Below, piece after piece: positions 21,614 through 34,540 of a stretch of DNA of 64,000 nucleotides. The notes under the pieces were generated by a model. It was not told the origin of the DNA and did not search any database. It saw nothing but the letters and a program-made list of their open reading frames with translations. Source of the stretch: an uncultured Acidobacteriaceae bacterium (GTDB lineage Bacteria; Acidobacteriota; Terriglobia; Terriglobales; Acidobacteriaceae); NCBI GenBank assembly GCA_963839225.1, contig CAWIVA010000034.1, positions 5,485 through 69,484 of the forward strand. The letters run 5' to 3'. The position numbers and the translations under genes were made by a program. Position 1 is the first letter of the stretch. Each line of letters begins with the position of its first letter.

Positions 21614-22859
21614 ATGCACACCAACCGTAGATTCTTTCTTCGCAACGGCGCACTCGCCATCGCCGGCACCGCCGCGATCCCCAATTTCCTCATCCGCTCC
21701 GTCATGGCCGAAGCTGCCACCACTCCCGGCCGCCGCCTCGTCGTCATCTTCCAGCGCGGCGCCGCCGACGGCCTCAATGTCGTCGTTCCCTATCGCGAGA
21801 AGAACTACTACGCCATGCGCCCCGGCATCGCCATCCCGCAGAATCAGATATCGATCTCGATGGCTTCTTCGGCCTGCATCCCTCCCTCGCGCCCTTCAAG
21901 CCTCTCTATGACCAGGGCCATCTCGCCATCATCCATGCCGCCGGCTCGCCTGACATGTCCCGCTCCCACTTCGATGCGCAGGACTACATGGAGTCCGGCA
22001 CGCCCGGCGTCAAGAGTACTGAAGACGGCTGGCTCGAACCGCGCCCTGCAAGCTGAAGACCTCCGCCATCGCCAGGAACACACCGCCTTTCGCGCCCTGG
22101 CTCTCGGCTCGCAGGTTCCGCGCACCCTCGCCGGCAAGATTCCCGCCATCGCACTTTCCAACGTCAACAACTTCACCGTCGGTGCACGCGGCCCCGCTCC
22201 CTCCCCCGCCGCCAACGCCTTCGAGGCCATGTACGGCGAGAGCGGCGACAGCATCCTCCACGCCACCGGCGACGAAACCTTTGAAGCCGTCAAGATGCTC
22301 CGCGCCGCCAACCCGGCTCAATACAAGCCCGGCCCCGGCATCGACTATCCCAACATCGGAATTCGGCAACAACATGAAGCAGATCGCCCAACTCCTCAAG
22401 GCCAACCTCGGCGTCGAGGCAGCATTCACCGACGTCGGCGGATGGGATACACATCAAAACCAGGGCGCAGTGAACGGCCAGCTCGCCGACCGCCTGCGCG
22501 ACTTTTCATCGAGCATCGCCGCCTTCTGGCGCGACTTGGGCGACGGCGCGGAAACCGTCACCCTGGTCACAATGTCTGAATTCGGCCGCACCGCCCGCCA
22601 GAACGGCACCGGAGGCACCGATCATGGCCACGCCAACGCAATGTTTGTTCTCGGCGGACAGGTGAAAGGCGGCAAAGTCTACGGCCACTGGCCCGGCCTG
22701 GCCAATGAGCAACTCAACGAAGACCGCGACCTCGCCGTCACCACGGACTTTCGCCAGGTACTGGGCGAAGCAGTCGCCAAAACCATCGGCGCCAACAATC
22801 TCGAAATGGTCTTCCCCGGCGCACGCCTGCGAACCGACCGCTTTCTCCGCCTGATTTAG
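21614..22859 (+). CDS. DUF1501 family Tat-exported protein, frameshifted
   Basis: NRRFFL, FQRGAADGLN, RSHFDAQD, GGWDTH and SEFGRT...GTDHG. Confidence 0.88.
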
Positions 22860-22880
22860 CGATCTCGCCGGTCAAAAAGC

Positions 22881-22914
22881 GGGTGCCCCAGGTCTCGACT
22901 CTGAGACCTGGGAT
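22881..22914. repeat. REP-like palindrome between convergent genes
   Basis: GGGTGC-CCCAGGTCTC-gactct-GAGACCTGGGA; related hairpins at 25274-25319 and 52221-52268. Confidence 0.65.
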
Positions 22915-22919
22915 ATCCG

Positions 22920-24483
22920 TCAATGCTTCCCGTACATCTCCATCGCATCCTTGCGCAGCTCCGCCCGGCTCTCCGCGCGCGTATAGAACATATGCCCGCC
23001 CGGATACTCATGCACTGAAACCCGCGTAGGATCCCCCATCACCGGCATCTGATCAACAATCAGAATCGAGCCCATGAAGGGGCATGAGAGATCGTTCCAG
23101 CCATGCACGATCATTACCCGCAGCTTGGGGTCCGCCGCCACGGCCTCCACGCAAATCCGGCACCGCGCCCTTGCGCAGATCATCGTCGCGATCCCAAAGC
23201 CGGTTCACCTCCCCTGAGAGCGCGTTGTAGCGCGCATCCACCTTCCAACCCACGGTACGAGTGACAAAATCCACCATCGCCGTAGTCATGGGAGCAATCA
23301 TGGCGGCCAGAATCGGATCGTTCGCCCGCTGCTTAGGAGAAAAAGGAAATGGATCGAAGGAGGTCACATTCGAGTCGTACACCGAGCCCAGCTTGCCCTG
23401 CTCCCGGAAGACCTCGCGCAGATACGCACCCGTCTCCAACCTCCCGCCGGAGTACTTCACAAAAGCCGGGTCCAGCCCTGAGAGGTCAGTCACATGCTGA
23501 ATCATCTTCTGCGTGGCGTCGGGATCGGTTCGCCCTTTGAGCAGCGTGGTCGCATACTCCCCGCGCGTATACGCAATCACATCCCTCATCGCCTGCTGCG
23601 TGAGTTTATTTTCGCGCTCCAGATGTGCCGCTGTAATCGAGGGCAGCGTCAGCATCCACGGCAGCGGCGATAGATCGCTGTCTTCCCGGTTGGCCGGATT
23701 CAGATAGGGCGAAACCAGCACCACGCCGTTCATGGCCACACCCAGTTCCGCCTGAAGGAAATGCGTCACCCGCGGCCCGCGAAATCCCCCATAGCTCTCC
23801 CCCACCAGGTACTTTCGCGATCCCAGCCGGTCGTTTTTCACCAGCCAGTCGTAGATGATGCGCGATAGATACTCAATGTCAGGAGTAGTGGAATAGAACA
23901 GCTTCTTGGCGTCGGCCTCGGGTACTTCTGCCCGGCTGAAGCCTGTACCCACGGGATCAATAAACACCAGGTCAGTAAAATCCAGCCAGGTTCCGGGATT
24001 GTCCGTCAGCACCGCCGGGTCCGAGGGACTGTCACCTTCGTTACCGGCCTGCAGATGCTTGGGACCAATAGCGCCAAAGTTCAAATAGACCGAGGCAGCG
24101 CCCGGCCCGCCGTTCATGGCAAAGGTTACCGGCCGGTTCTCGCCCTCGACGGTATATGTGGTCAAAACCACTTCGCCGGCCGTCTTTCCGTCCTTGTCGC
24201 GCACCGGCAACGCTCCCACCGCGACGGTATAGCGCAGCGTTTTTCCATTCAGTTGCATCGTCTGCTGCACGTGCGCTGGAGCAGGCAACGGAGGCAGCGC
24301 GGACTTTTCCGCGACGGCCTTATCAGCTCCCGCGGTCTTATCGGCAGTTGCCGATTTGTTGGCGCCCGCCGGTTCCTTCTCTGCCTGCGCCCGAGCTTGC
24401 GCGCCAAAGATTCCAATGCAGAAAATCGCGCACAAGGCCGCGGCCAAGTGCCTCAAAGAAATCTGAATCCGAGCAATCCTCAT
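22920..24483 (-). CDS. S10 family serine carboxypeptidase, exported, frameshift near 23155
   Basis: NGGPGAAS, FIDPVGTGFS, GESYGG and GGHMFY; signal peptide. Confidence 0.9.
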
Positions 24484-24598
24484 TCCGATAAGATACTACC
24501 TCCACGGGACGCTCTCCACCGCGGCGACTAAGACCCGTCTCTGGGGACGCCAGGGCCCTGGCACCCTACCCGCCCGATGATTTACCCTCAAACACGTT

Positions 24599-25255
24599 AT
24601 GAAACTCCAATTTGTTCTGCCCACTTCCGCCTTGGCCCTGGCCGTTGCCGTTGCCGCGTTTGCCCTCGCCCAAACCTCCAACCTGCCCGACTCACCCGGC
24701 GCCACTGCTACAAATCTTCCCAACGGCCCCACCGTCATCATGGATACCTCCATGGGCCCCATCACCTGCCAGTTCTATCAGCGGCAGGCTCCCAATGCGG
24801 TAGCCAACTTCATCGCCCTCGCCGAAGGCACAAAAGATTGGACCGACCCCGCCACTCGGACCGTACAGCACCACAAGCCTTACTTCAACGGCACAACATT
24901 CCATCGCGTGATTCCAAACTTCATGATCCAAGGTGGCGACCCTACCGCAACTGGCATGGGAGATCCCGGCTACAAATTCGCGGATGAATTCGATCCCAAT
25001 TTGAACTTCGACAGACCCGGCAAACTGGCCATGGCCAACTCCGGCCCCAACACCAACGGCAGCCAATTCTTCATCACCGAAGTCCCCACTCCGTTCCTCA
25101 ACCAGCACTACACGCTCTTCGGCCAGTGCGACGATGCCAGTGTTCAAGTGGTCAAGGCCATCGCCCGCGTTCCACGCAACAGCAGCGACAAGCCGAACAC
25201 CCCGGTCGTGCTCAAGAAGGTCACCATCGTCCGTAACGGCCAGCACAAACAATAA
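24599..25255 (+). CDS. cyclophilin-type peptidyl-prolyl isomerase, exported
   Basis: Signal peptide; FHRVIPNFMIQGGD and AMANSGPNTNGSQFFIT. Confidence 0.95.
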   Translation: MKLQFVLPTSALALAVAVAAFALAQTSNLPDSPGATATNLPNGPTVIMDTSMGPITCQFYQRQAPNAVANFIALAEGTKDWTDPATRTVQHHKPYFNGTTFHRVIPNFMIQGGDPTATGMGDPGYKFADEFDPNLNFDRPGKLAMANSGPNTNGSQFFITEVPTPFLNQHYTLFGQCDDASVQVVKAIARVPRNSSDKPNTPVVLKKVTIVRNGQHKQ

Positions 25256-25273
25256 TTTCGAATCTAACAAATG

Positions 25274-25319
25274 AGGATTTCCCAGGCCTTTCGCCGCAGC
25301 TGACAGACCTGGGAATCCT
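25274..25319. repeat. hairpin / REP-like element between the cyclophilin genes
   Basis: AGGATTTCCCAGG...AGACCTGGGAATCCT. Confidence 0.55.
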
Positions 25320-25336
25320 TAAACTCAGGAGTCACC

Positions 25337-25863
25337 ATGGCACTCGCAGCAGGAACCTACGCCGTCTTATCGACCACCGAAGGCAAGATCACCGTCCGTC
25401 TCTTTGAGGCCGACGCACCCATCACCGTGAAAAACTTCATCGAACTGGCCGAGGGCGCCAAGGAGTGGACCCACCCCACCAGCCGCGTCAAATCCAAAGA
25501 CAAGCTCTTCAACGGCACCATCTTCCACCGCGTCATTCCCGACTTCATGATCCAAGGCGGAGACCCGGCAGGCAACGGCATGGGAGGCCCCGGCTATCGT
25601 TTTGCAGACGAAACCAAGGGCTCGCCCCACAAATTCGACAAACCTGGCAAGCTGGCCATGGCCAACTCAGGTCCCAACACCAACGGCAGCCAGTTCTTTA
25701 TCACCGTAGCACCCACTGACTGGCTCACCGGCAAGCACACCATCTTCGGCGAAGTGGTCGAAGGCATGGACATCGTCAAAAAAATCTCCCTCGTCTCCCG
25801 CAACTCGCTCGACAAACCCCACAAGCCCGTAGTGCTTGAGTCAGTTGTGATCGAGCGCGTCGG

Positions 25864-25867
<4 letters not shown>
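25337..25867 (+). CDS. cyclophilin-type peptidyl-prolyl isomerase, cytoplasmic
   Basis: Same motifs as the upstream paralogue, no signal peptide; SD AGGAG. Confidence 0.95.
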
Positions 25868-27972
<2,105 letters not shown>

Positions 27973-28167
27973 AAAAGATCGCCTGCGCAGTGAAGACCCT
28001 GCACTGGAATGTGAGGAGCCTCCTCAACTTTACAGGATAAGGGCGCGGCTTTCGTACCGCTCCAACAAAGAGGATCAGCGCGTGCAACTGATAATCTGGT
28101 ACTACGCAATCGAAAAGCAAGAATGAAAACCCAGGCTTGATCGGCTGGTTTTTCACAGGGAGCATTC

Positions 28168-29421
28168 ATGAAAAAGCAATTTGCATTATTGGCGCTTCTC
28201 ATCGGCATTTCGCTGACCGCAGGTGCACAAACAGCAGCAGTCGGCGGTGCAACGATGCAGCCGGATGCTATCCAATCGTATCTGCAGCCGCTGGTGACCA
28301 ACCAGACCCTCGCCGGCGCAGTAACCCTGGTTGCAAACAAGGACAAAACTGTCTACCTCGAGAGCGTAGGCTATCGAGAACTCGCTGCGAAGATCCCGAT
28401 GCCCACCAACGCCATGTTCTGGATCGCCTCCACAACGAAGCCCATGACCGCAACCGCCGTGATGATGCTGGTGGATGAAGGCAAGATCAATCTCGACGAC
28501 CCGGTGGAAAAGTACCTTCCGGAGTTCCATGGCATGATGGTGGGCCCGGCGGACCCTGATTCAAAGCCCACAACACCAGCTACGCGGGACTCTCAAAAGG
28601 CTGCCCCACTCGTCCCCGCCAGTCATCCCATCCTGGTGCGAGAGATCCTGAGTCACACCAGTGGCCTGCGGTTCCACTCAACTGCCGAGCCGGGCGCGCT
28701 CGATATGCTGCCGCTCAAAGATGCCGTCCGCAGTTATGCCGCTGACCCGCTGATTTATCAGCCGGGCACAGACTACAAGTATTCGAATGAAGGAATCAAT
28801 ACAGCAGCTCGGATCATTGAAGTTGTGACCGGGATGCCTTATGAGCGCTTTATGCAGGAACGGCTCTTCGATCCGCTGGGCATGAAAGACACAACCTTCT
28901 GGCCTAACGCCGAGCAGATCAGCCGCCTTGCGCAAGCCTATAAACTCGACCCGCAAACTAAGAGCCTGGTCCAAGTTCCCATCAGTCAACTGACCTACCC
29001 GCTCAACGATCGGCAGCACCGCTATCCAATGCCCGCCGGTGGCCTCTTCTCTACCGCTGAAGACGTTGCCAAGTTCAGCCGCATGATTCTCAGTGGCGGC
29101 GAACTGAACGGCAAACGGATCATTTCTTCCCAATCGCTCCACGCAATGACAATCCCGGAAAATATGGGGCTGGGCAAAACAGATTACGGATTCGCGTGGA
29201 ACATAACCAAGACCGGTTTCGACCACGGGGGCGCATATAAAAACGCCATGTCTATCGATACGATGGCAGGCCGCATTCTCGTCTTCATGGTCCAGCAGCG
29301 CGGGGACTGGGGAACAAAGCAGGGAGATCAGATTGTCTCCACGCTGGAGAAGCTTGCAAACGATGTAGTTGCTCCGCCCGTGGCCGTGCCCGCCGCTAGC
29401 TCGGCGCCCGCAACTCACTGA
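28168..29421 (+). CDS. beta-lactamase-family serine hydrolase (class C/EstB-like), exported
   Basis: Signal peptide; STTK (SxxK), YSN, HGG and LSHTSG. Confidence 0.9.
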   Translation: MKKQFALLALLIGISLTAGAQTAAVGGATMQPDAIQSYLQPLVTNQTLAGAVTLVANKDKTVYLESVGYRELAAKIPMPTNAMFWIASTTKPMTATAVMMLVDEGKINLDDPVEKYLPEFHGMMVGPADPDSKPTTPATRDSQKAAPLVPASHPILVREILSHTSGLRFHSTAEPGALDMLPLKDAVRSYAADPLIYQPGTDYKYSNEGINTAARIIEVVTGMPYERFMQERLFDPLGMKDTTFWPNAEQISRLAQAYKLDPQTKSLVQVPISQLTYPLNDRQHRYPMPAGGLFSTAEDVAKFSRMILSGGELNGKRIISSQSLHAMTIPENMGLGKTDYGFAWNITKTGFDHGGAYKNAMSIDTMAGRILVFMVQQRGDWGTKQGDQIVSTLEKLANDVVAPPVAVPAASSAPATH

Positions 29422-29436
29422 GGCCCAGAGTCAATC

Positions 29437-29479
29437 GAGTCAGTGCGATTCTGCTCTGCAGCCAGGATCGTACTGACTC
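29437..29479. terminator. 17-bp-stem hairpin between convergent genes
   Basis: GAGTCAGTGCGATTCTG / CAGGATCGTACTGACTC; both mismatches are G-U pairs on the + transcript. Confidence 0.65.
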
Positions 29480-29501
29480 ATTCTCATTCCATCCCGGCGG
29501 C

Positions 29502-31526
29502 TCAGTTCAGCGGCTCCGCCTCAAGCGTGATCACCTGGAATGATTCAAGCATAAAGCGATGGGGTTGGCCGGCACGCAAATTAATTGGTGCCGATGACTT
29601 ATCGGCCACCCACGGACTGTGCGCCCTGTAACTCTGTGGTGCATCGCGTGGCAGCTCAAATGCCTTATCCACATCGAGCAAGAACTCCTGCGCATGATCC
29701 GACGGATTGCGCAGCACTACAATCCCCTTTTGCTTATTCCACGACGCCCAGCCATAGACCTCGAGCTTGCCCGGATCGCCCCCGATCCAATGCGTATCTT
29801 TCAGAACCGCAGCGTTGGAGCGCGACCAGCGAGCCGCCTCCGCCAGAATATCCCAGTCCCTGCTGGTAAGTAGCGACGGTGTTATATATAACTCCTGTAA
29901 CTGCGTCCCGCTGCCGAAATAGGAATGAACTTCGTCGACTAGATCAGGGTCCAAATCTCCAGGTGAGGAAGTTAGCCTGGGAAGATTGGTATAATTCACC
30001 TTTTCAGCGTAAATAATGCCGTGCAGCATGAGCGAATTCAACGGAAACAGCGGGCCGCCCTCAACTATATTTCGAAAAGTTTGCTCATCGCGATAAGTAA
30101 TCCACCTCTGGCGCACACTCCCTGCGCCGTCAAAATTATAGTCGTCCCCGCCGCGCCAGACGTCGTCAGAATAACGCAGCCAGAACGGTGAAGGCAGCGT
30201 CCCCGTCGATACGTTGATATAGATATTGGGATCCTGCCGACGCAGCATCTCAATAAGATGAATGGCCGCCGAAAAATCGCTGTCGAAGATGCTGCCCGGG
30301 AAAACCTGGCTGGCGTTACCCGTGCCGTCAAACTTGAATTGATTCACCCCGTATTTTGCGATCATATCCTGGCAGGTCTTCTCAAAGAGTTTGTAATAAC
30401 GCGGCGCGGAGAGAGCGAATCCGCCCTTCACCGTCTCCAGCCCCGCGCGCTTTCCTGCGGCAATACGCTGCTCTTTCGCCGCCTCATAACCGCCCCAGGG
30501 AGAAAGCCACACACCAATGCCAAAGCCATATTCCGCCGCCGCCTTCTTTACATTTGTCAGACCGTTCGGAAATCCTGAGTTGAGATTCCAGATTGTATGC
30601 GTATCGTCCCAGCCGTCGTCCATCAGAAATGAGTCCATAGTGACGTCGCGCTTGCGAACCAGTTCTTCCCCAAAGGCATGCACGCGGTCAAGCACCTGCG
30701 ATTCATTGAAGCGCTCGCCGCTGCCCAGGTCAAACCAACTGTTGTAGTGCAGAAATGTGCGGTAAGGATGCGCACGCTCTTGTTCAATGTAAGCAAGAAA
30801 ATCGCGCCGCAACTGGCCCGGAGCGGACACTCCGACCACCGAGGAATAAGAAATGGATTGGCCTGCCCCCAGAGGCAATACGCGCGTCAGCACCGCCGTC
30901 GCGCGATCGCCCTTCACCTCGCTCGCCGACAGCGGAGACTCGAAACCAAAGAAGAAATCGCCCGCCACCATCGGCGATCCGGCAACCTTCCCCACGACGC
31001 GCGCCCCGGGGGCGTTGAAATCGAAGAGCCGCACCTCGGCAATATCAACGGACTGCGATGGCGCCCGCAAGGTAATCTCCTGGCGCAGATAATTCGTGCC
31101 TTCGCGCAATATCGCGCACCAATGCACGGCCAGAGAGTTATCCTGTGTGCTCAGGTCGGCGCAGATTGACCGGCCTGCAATCTGTTCGGCGCGCCGTGCA
31201 GCGGATGGATTTGGTGTAACCCACCCCTCAACCGGAGCAGCACTCATCTTGAGTTGCGAAGCGGCAATCACGCGCCCGTCGCGAAGCTTCAGCGAGAATG
31301 CCTCCACCGGATACAGTTTTGTCCCGCTGCTTCGATCCTCGATCTCCGTAACCTTGATGCCGCCATTGATTAGCTGAAAGCGTGCGGCGAGCCGATCTCC
31401 ACCAAGCTCATAGCTCTTCGCAGCGCGCCCCGGTGCCTCGCCGGCGGAAGCGGACATGGTCACAGATAAAAGAATGACAAAGACTGAGATTTTCATTAAA
31501 GTGCACCGCAGGTTCATAATTTGCAT
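29502..31526 (-). CDS. exported clan GH-D-like (GH27/GH36-related) glycosidase of unknown specificity
   Basis: Signal peptide; HYNSW, MDDGW, GVWLSP and FKFDG motifs. Confidence 0.65.
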   Translation of the reverse strand: MQIMNLRCTLMKISVFVILLSVTMSASAGEAPGRAAKSYELGGDRLAARFQLINGGIKVTEIEDRSSGTKLYPVEAFSLKLRDGRVIAASQLKMSAAPVEGWVTPNPSAARRAEQIAGRSICADLSTQDNSLAVHWCAILREGTNYLRQEITLRAPSQSVDIAEVRLFDFNAPGARVVGKVAGSPMVAGDFFFGFESPLSASEVKGDRATAVLTRVLPLGAGQSISYSSVVGVSAPGQLRRDFLAYIEQERAHPYRTFLHYNSWFDLGSGERFNESQVLDRVHAFGEELVRKRDVTMDSFLMDDGWDDTHTIWNLNSGFPNGLTNVKKAAAEYGFGIGVWLSPWGGYEAAKEQRIAAGKRAGLETVKGGFALSAPRYYKLFEKTCQDMIAKYGVNQFKFDGTGNASQVFPGSIFDSDFSAAIHLIEMLRRQDPNIYINVSTGTLPSPFWLRYSDDVWRGGDDYNFDGAGSVRQRWITYRDEQTFRNIVEGGPLFPLNSLMLHGIIYAEKVNYTNLPRLTSSPGDLDPDLVDEVHSYFGSGTQLQELYITPSLLTSRDWDILAEAARWSRSNAAVLKDTHWIGGDPGKLEVYGWASWNKQKGIVVLRNPSDHAQEFLLDVDKAFELPRDAPQSYRAHSPWVADKSSAPINLRAGQPHRFMLESFQVITLEAEPLN

Positions 31527-31724
31527 CGCCGTCGAGCACCATATTCAGCAGGTAATGGATCAACTCTCATTACTGTTAAGACGCTTCGATGAGCCAAGTA
31601 TACGCCCAAAGAAACTCGACTCATCCGCCCGGATTGGCTCAGATTGCTTCATCAGCCATTATTCAGCCACTGTATAATTCATGGGTATCTCAACGGAAAG
31701 AAACAGCTACATTGGGGTGGATAA

Positions 31725-34535
31725 ATGCCCGAGTCGATTGATTGGCCTCTCAAGTCTCATCCGCAGCGCCCAGGCCGCCGCATCTTGCTTTTTTTCCTGG
31801 CCGTGGTGATCGCCATCGTCTTTGGAGCCCGCACCGCGATCTCCTATTGGGTCGATCTGCTGTGGTTCAGGACACTCGGATACCAGGATGTGTTCTGGAA
31901 GACATTGGGCTTGAAGTGGGGAATCTTCACGGCTTTTGCGGCAGTTACATTCGTAGTTCTTTATGCAACATTCGCCGCTCTCAAACGAGCACATTCCGAC
32001 GATCTGCCCATCGATCACACAATGTTTATCGCGGGAAACGCGGTGAATCTCCCTGTCGCCCCGGCCTTGCGCCTGCTCTCCTTCGGGGTTTCGTTTGTGG
32101 TAGCGATTGCGACCGGTGCGGCGATGGAGGCACAGTGGCCAACCCTCGCGTTGTTTTGGTATGCGCCTCACGTCTCGGGCAGCTTAGTCGATCCCATCTT
32201 CGGCAGGCCGCTTAACTTCTATCTCTTCACCCTCCCGGCCCTGGAGCTGATCGTGGGCTGGCTGCTTACGCTGGCAGTGCTCGCCTGCATCCTTTCCTTT
32301 CTGTTCATCCTTATCACCGGCGGTACTCGCGTTCTCAGCGGGGGATTTGGCCGCGGCTCTTTGTTGCCTTGGCGCGGACTCTCAATCACGGTCGGGTTCC
32401 TGCTGCTCGTCGTTGCAATGCGCGTATATATCAGCCGGTTTGAGCTGCTGTTTGAGCACCACACAATCTTCGATGGAGTCACGTACACTGACGCGCACGT
32501 GACGCTGACCGGCATGCTCTTCGTATCGGCCGCTCTCGTGCTGGGAGCCTCGATCGCCTTCGCCTGCGCAATAATCAGGGCCCGTGGGCGCATGCTCGTC
32601 GTCTCCATCATTCCTGCCGTGATTTGTTATGCGGCAGCCGGAATAATCGGCTGGTACGTCAGCAGCTTCATCGTAAAGCCCAACGAACTGGTGCGCGAGC
32701 AGCCCTATATCGTCAACAATATCCAGATGACCCGGCAGGCATACGGGCTCGACCGCTTTGCGCAGCGCGAGTTCCCCGCGGAGACCACCGTTGGTGCAGC
32801 CGATCCGGCCAACAATCAGTCCACGCTTCAGGACATTCGGCTATGGGATGTGCAGGCGCTCAAAGATACGCTGCGCCAGATTCAGGAAATTCGCACCTAC
32901 TACGATTTTCCAGGCATCGATATCGACCGCTACCAGATCGACGGCACTATGCGCGAAGTGATGCTTTCTGCGCGCGAACTGAACGTGGACAAGCTTCCGG
33001 AGAGCAGCCAGAACTGGATCAACGACAAGCTCATCTATACCCACGGTTACGGCATCACCATGAACCCTGTGAACGGCTTCACGGCGGAAGGCCTGCCCAC
33101 GCTGCTGCTCAGTAATATGCCCGTTCAGAGCACAGTGCGCGGCCTCAGCGTGACCCGGCCGGAGATTTATTTCGGCGAAATGACCAATACCGACGTCTAC
33201 GTGAAGACGCGCCAGCAGGAGTTCAACTATCCTGAGGGCCAAAGCAACAACCTCACATCCTACGAAGGTAGCGGCGGCATCGTATTAGGCGGATTTCTGC
33301 GCCGGGTGCTGATTGCATTCGACCGCGGCGATCTGACTAAGCTGCCCTTCAGCGACGACGTGAATTCTGAAAGCCGTTTGCTGATGCGGCGCACCGTGCG
33401 CGATCGCGTCGCTGCTCTTGCTCCATTCCTGACTTACGACGAGGACCCTTACATCGTGGTCGGCGATGACGGCCGTCTCTCGTGGGTGATGGATGCCTTT
33501 ACATCTTCCGACAGCTATCCCTACTCCACGCATCACAGCCTGGATAATCAACCCGTCAATTACATGCGCAACAGCGTCAAAGTCGTGGTAGACGCCTACG
33601 ACGGGACCACGACCTTCTATGTCTTCGACAGCGAAGACCCGATTCTTGCCGCATATCGCGGAATCTTCCCCTCGCTGTTCAAAGATGCCTCGGCCATGCC
33701 CGCCTGGCTGCGCAAGCACGTCCGTTACCCCGAGCTATTGCTCAGTTTGCAGGCCGAGGTCTACGGTCTCTATCACATGACCAATCCTGAGGTCTTCTAT
33801 AACCGCGAGGACATGTGGACAGTGGCCACAGAAACCGGCATGGCCGCAGGCGGAGAGCAGACCACGCAACCCATGCAGCCGAATTTCGTGATGATGAGGC
33901 TGCCGGGCGAAACCGATCTCGAGTTTGTCGAGATACTTCCCTTCACCCCAGTCAACCGCAATAATCTGATCGGATGGATTGCCGGACGCAGCGACGGCGC
34001 ACACTACGGCACATCGGTGGTCTACGACTTTCCCAAATCAAAACTCGTGGATGGACCGCAGCAAATTGAGGCGCGCATCGATCAGAATGCGCAGCTCTCG
34101 GGGCAGTTGACGCTGTGGAATCAGCAGGGCTCTCATGTTCGCCGTGGCAGCCTGCTGGTAATTCCCTGCGGCAAGGCGCTGCTCTACGCGGAACCGATCT
34201 ACCTACAGGCCGAGCGCAGCCCCATGCCGGAGTTGCGCCTGGTTGTGCTCGCATTGCAAGACCGTCTTGCCTACGCACCAACCTTTGAGGCAGCTCTCGC
34301 TTCCCTTTTTGGTTCCGAGTCTTCGACCTTGAGTGCGGCGGAGGCGCCGCGAGCCACAACGGAAACCAGCGGCGCTCCGCAACCTGTTCAGAATCTCGAC
34401 TCGCTCATTTCCCAGGCAGGCAAAGACTTTTCTGACTATCAGCGCCTCACCTCAGAAGGCAAACTGGGCGAGGCCGGTCAGAAGCTCGACGATCTGAAGC
34501 ACACGCTCGATAAGCTGAGCGCGCATCCGAAGTGA
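31725..34535 (+). CDS. UPF0182 family membrane protein
   Basis: DLLWF, YTD, IRLWD, YTHGYG, PEIYFGE and NYMRNSVKVVVDAYDG; multi-TM N-terminus; TATAAT near 31673. Confidence 0.92.
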   Translation: MPESIDWPLKSHPQRPGRRILLFFLAVVIAIVFGARTAISYWVDLLWFRTLGYQDVFWKTLGLKWGIFTAFAAVTFVVLYATFAALKRAHSDDLPIDHTMFIAGNAVNLPVAPALRLLSFGVSFVVAIATGAAMEAQWPTLALFWYAPHVSGSLVDPIFGRPLNFYLFTLPALELIVGWLLTLAVLACILSFLFILITGGTRVLSGGFGRGSLLPWRGLSITVGFLLLVVAMRVYISRFELLFEHHTIFDGVTYTDAHVTLTGMLFVSAALVLGASIAFACAIIRARGRMLVVSIIPAVICYAAAGIIGWYVSSFIVKPNELVREQPYIVNNIQMTRQAYGLDRFAQREFPAETTVGAADPANNQSTLQDIRLWDVQALKDTLRQIQEIRTYYDFPGIDIDRYQIDGTMREVMLSARELNVDKLPESSQNWINDKLIYTHGYGITMNPVNGFTAEGLPTLLLSNMPVQSTVRGLSVTRPEIYFGEMTNTDVYVKTRQQEFNYPEGQSNNLTSYEGSGGIVLGGFLRRVLIAFDRGDLTKLPFSDDVNSESRLLMRRTVRDRVAALAPFLTYDEDPYIVVGDDGRLSWVMDAFTSSDSYPYSTHHSLDNQPVNYMRNSVKVVVDAYDGTTTFYVFDSEDPILAAYRGIFPSLFKDASAMPAWLRKHVRYPELLLSLQAEVYGLYHMTNPEVFYNREDMWTVATETGMAAGGEQTTQPMQPNFVMMRLPGETDLEFVEILPFTPVNRNNLIGWIAGRSDGAHYGTSVVYDFPKSKLVDGPQQIEARIDQNAQLSGQLTLWNQQGSHVRRGSLLVIPCGKALLYAEPIYLQAERSPMPELRLVVLALQDRLAYAPTFEAALASLFGSESSTLSAAEAPRATTETSGAPQPVQNLDSLISQAGKDFSDYQRLTSEGKLGEAGQKLDDLKHTLDKLSAHPK

Positions 34536-34540
34536 TCTCT

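Noticed and set aside
28168-29421. Antibiotic-resistance beta-lactamase
   Set aside because: Motifs fit the broad EstB/serine-hydrolase group; resistance cannot be inferred
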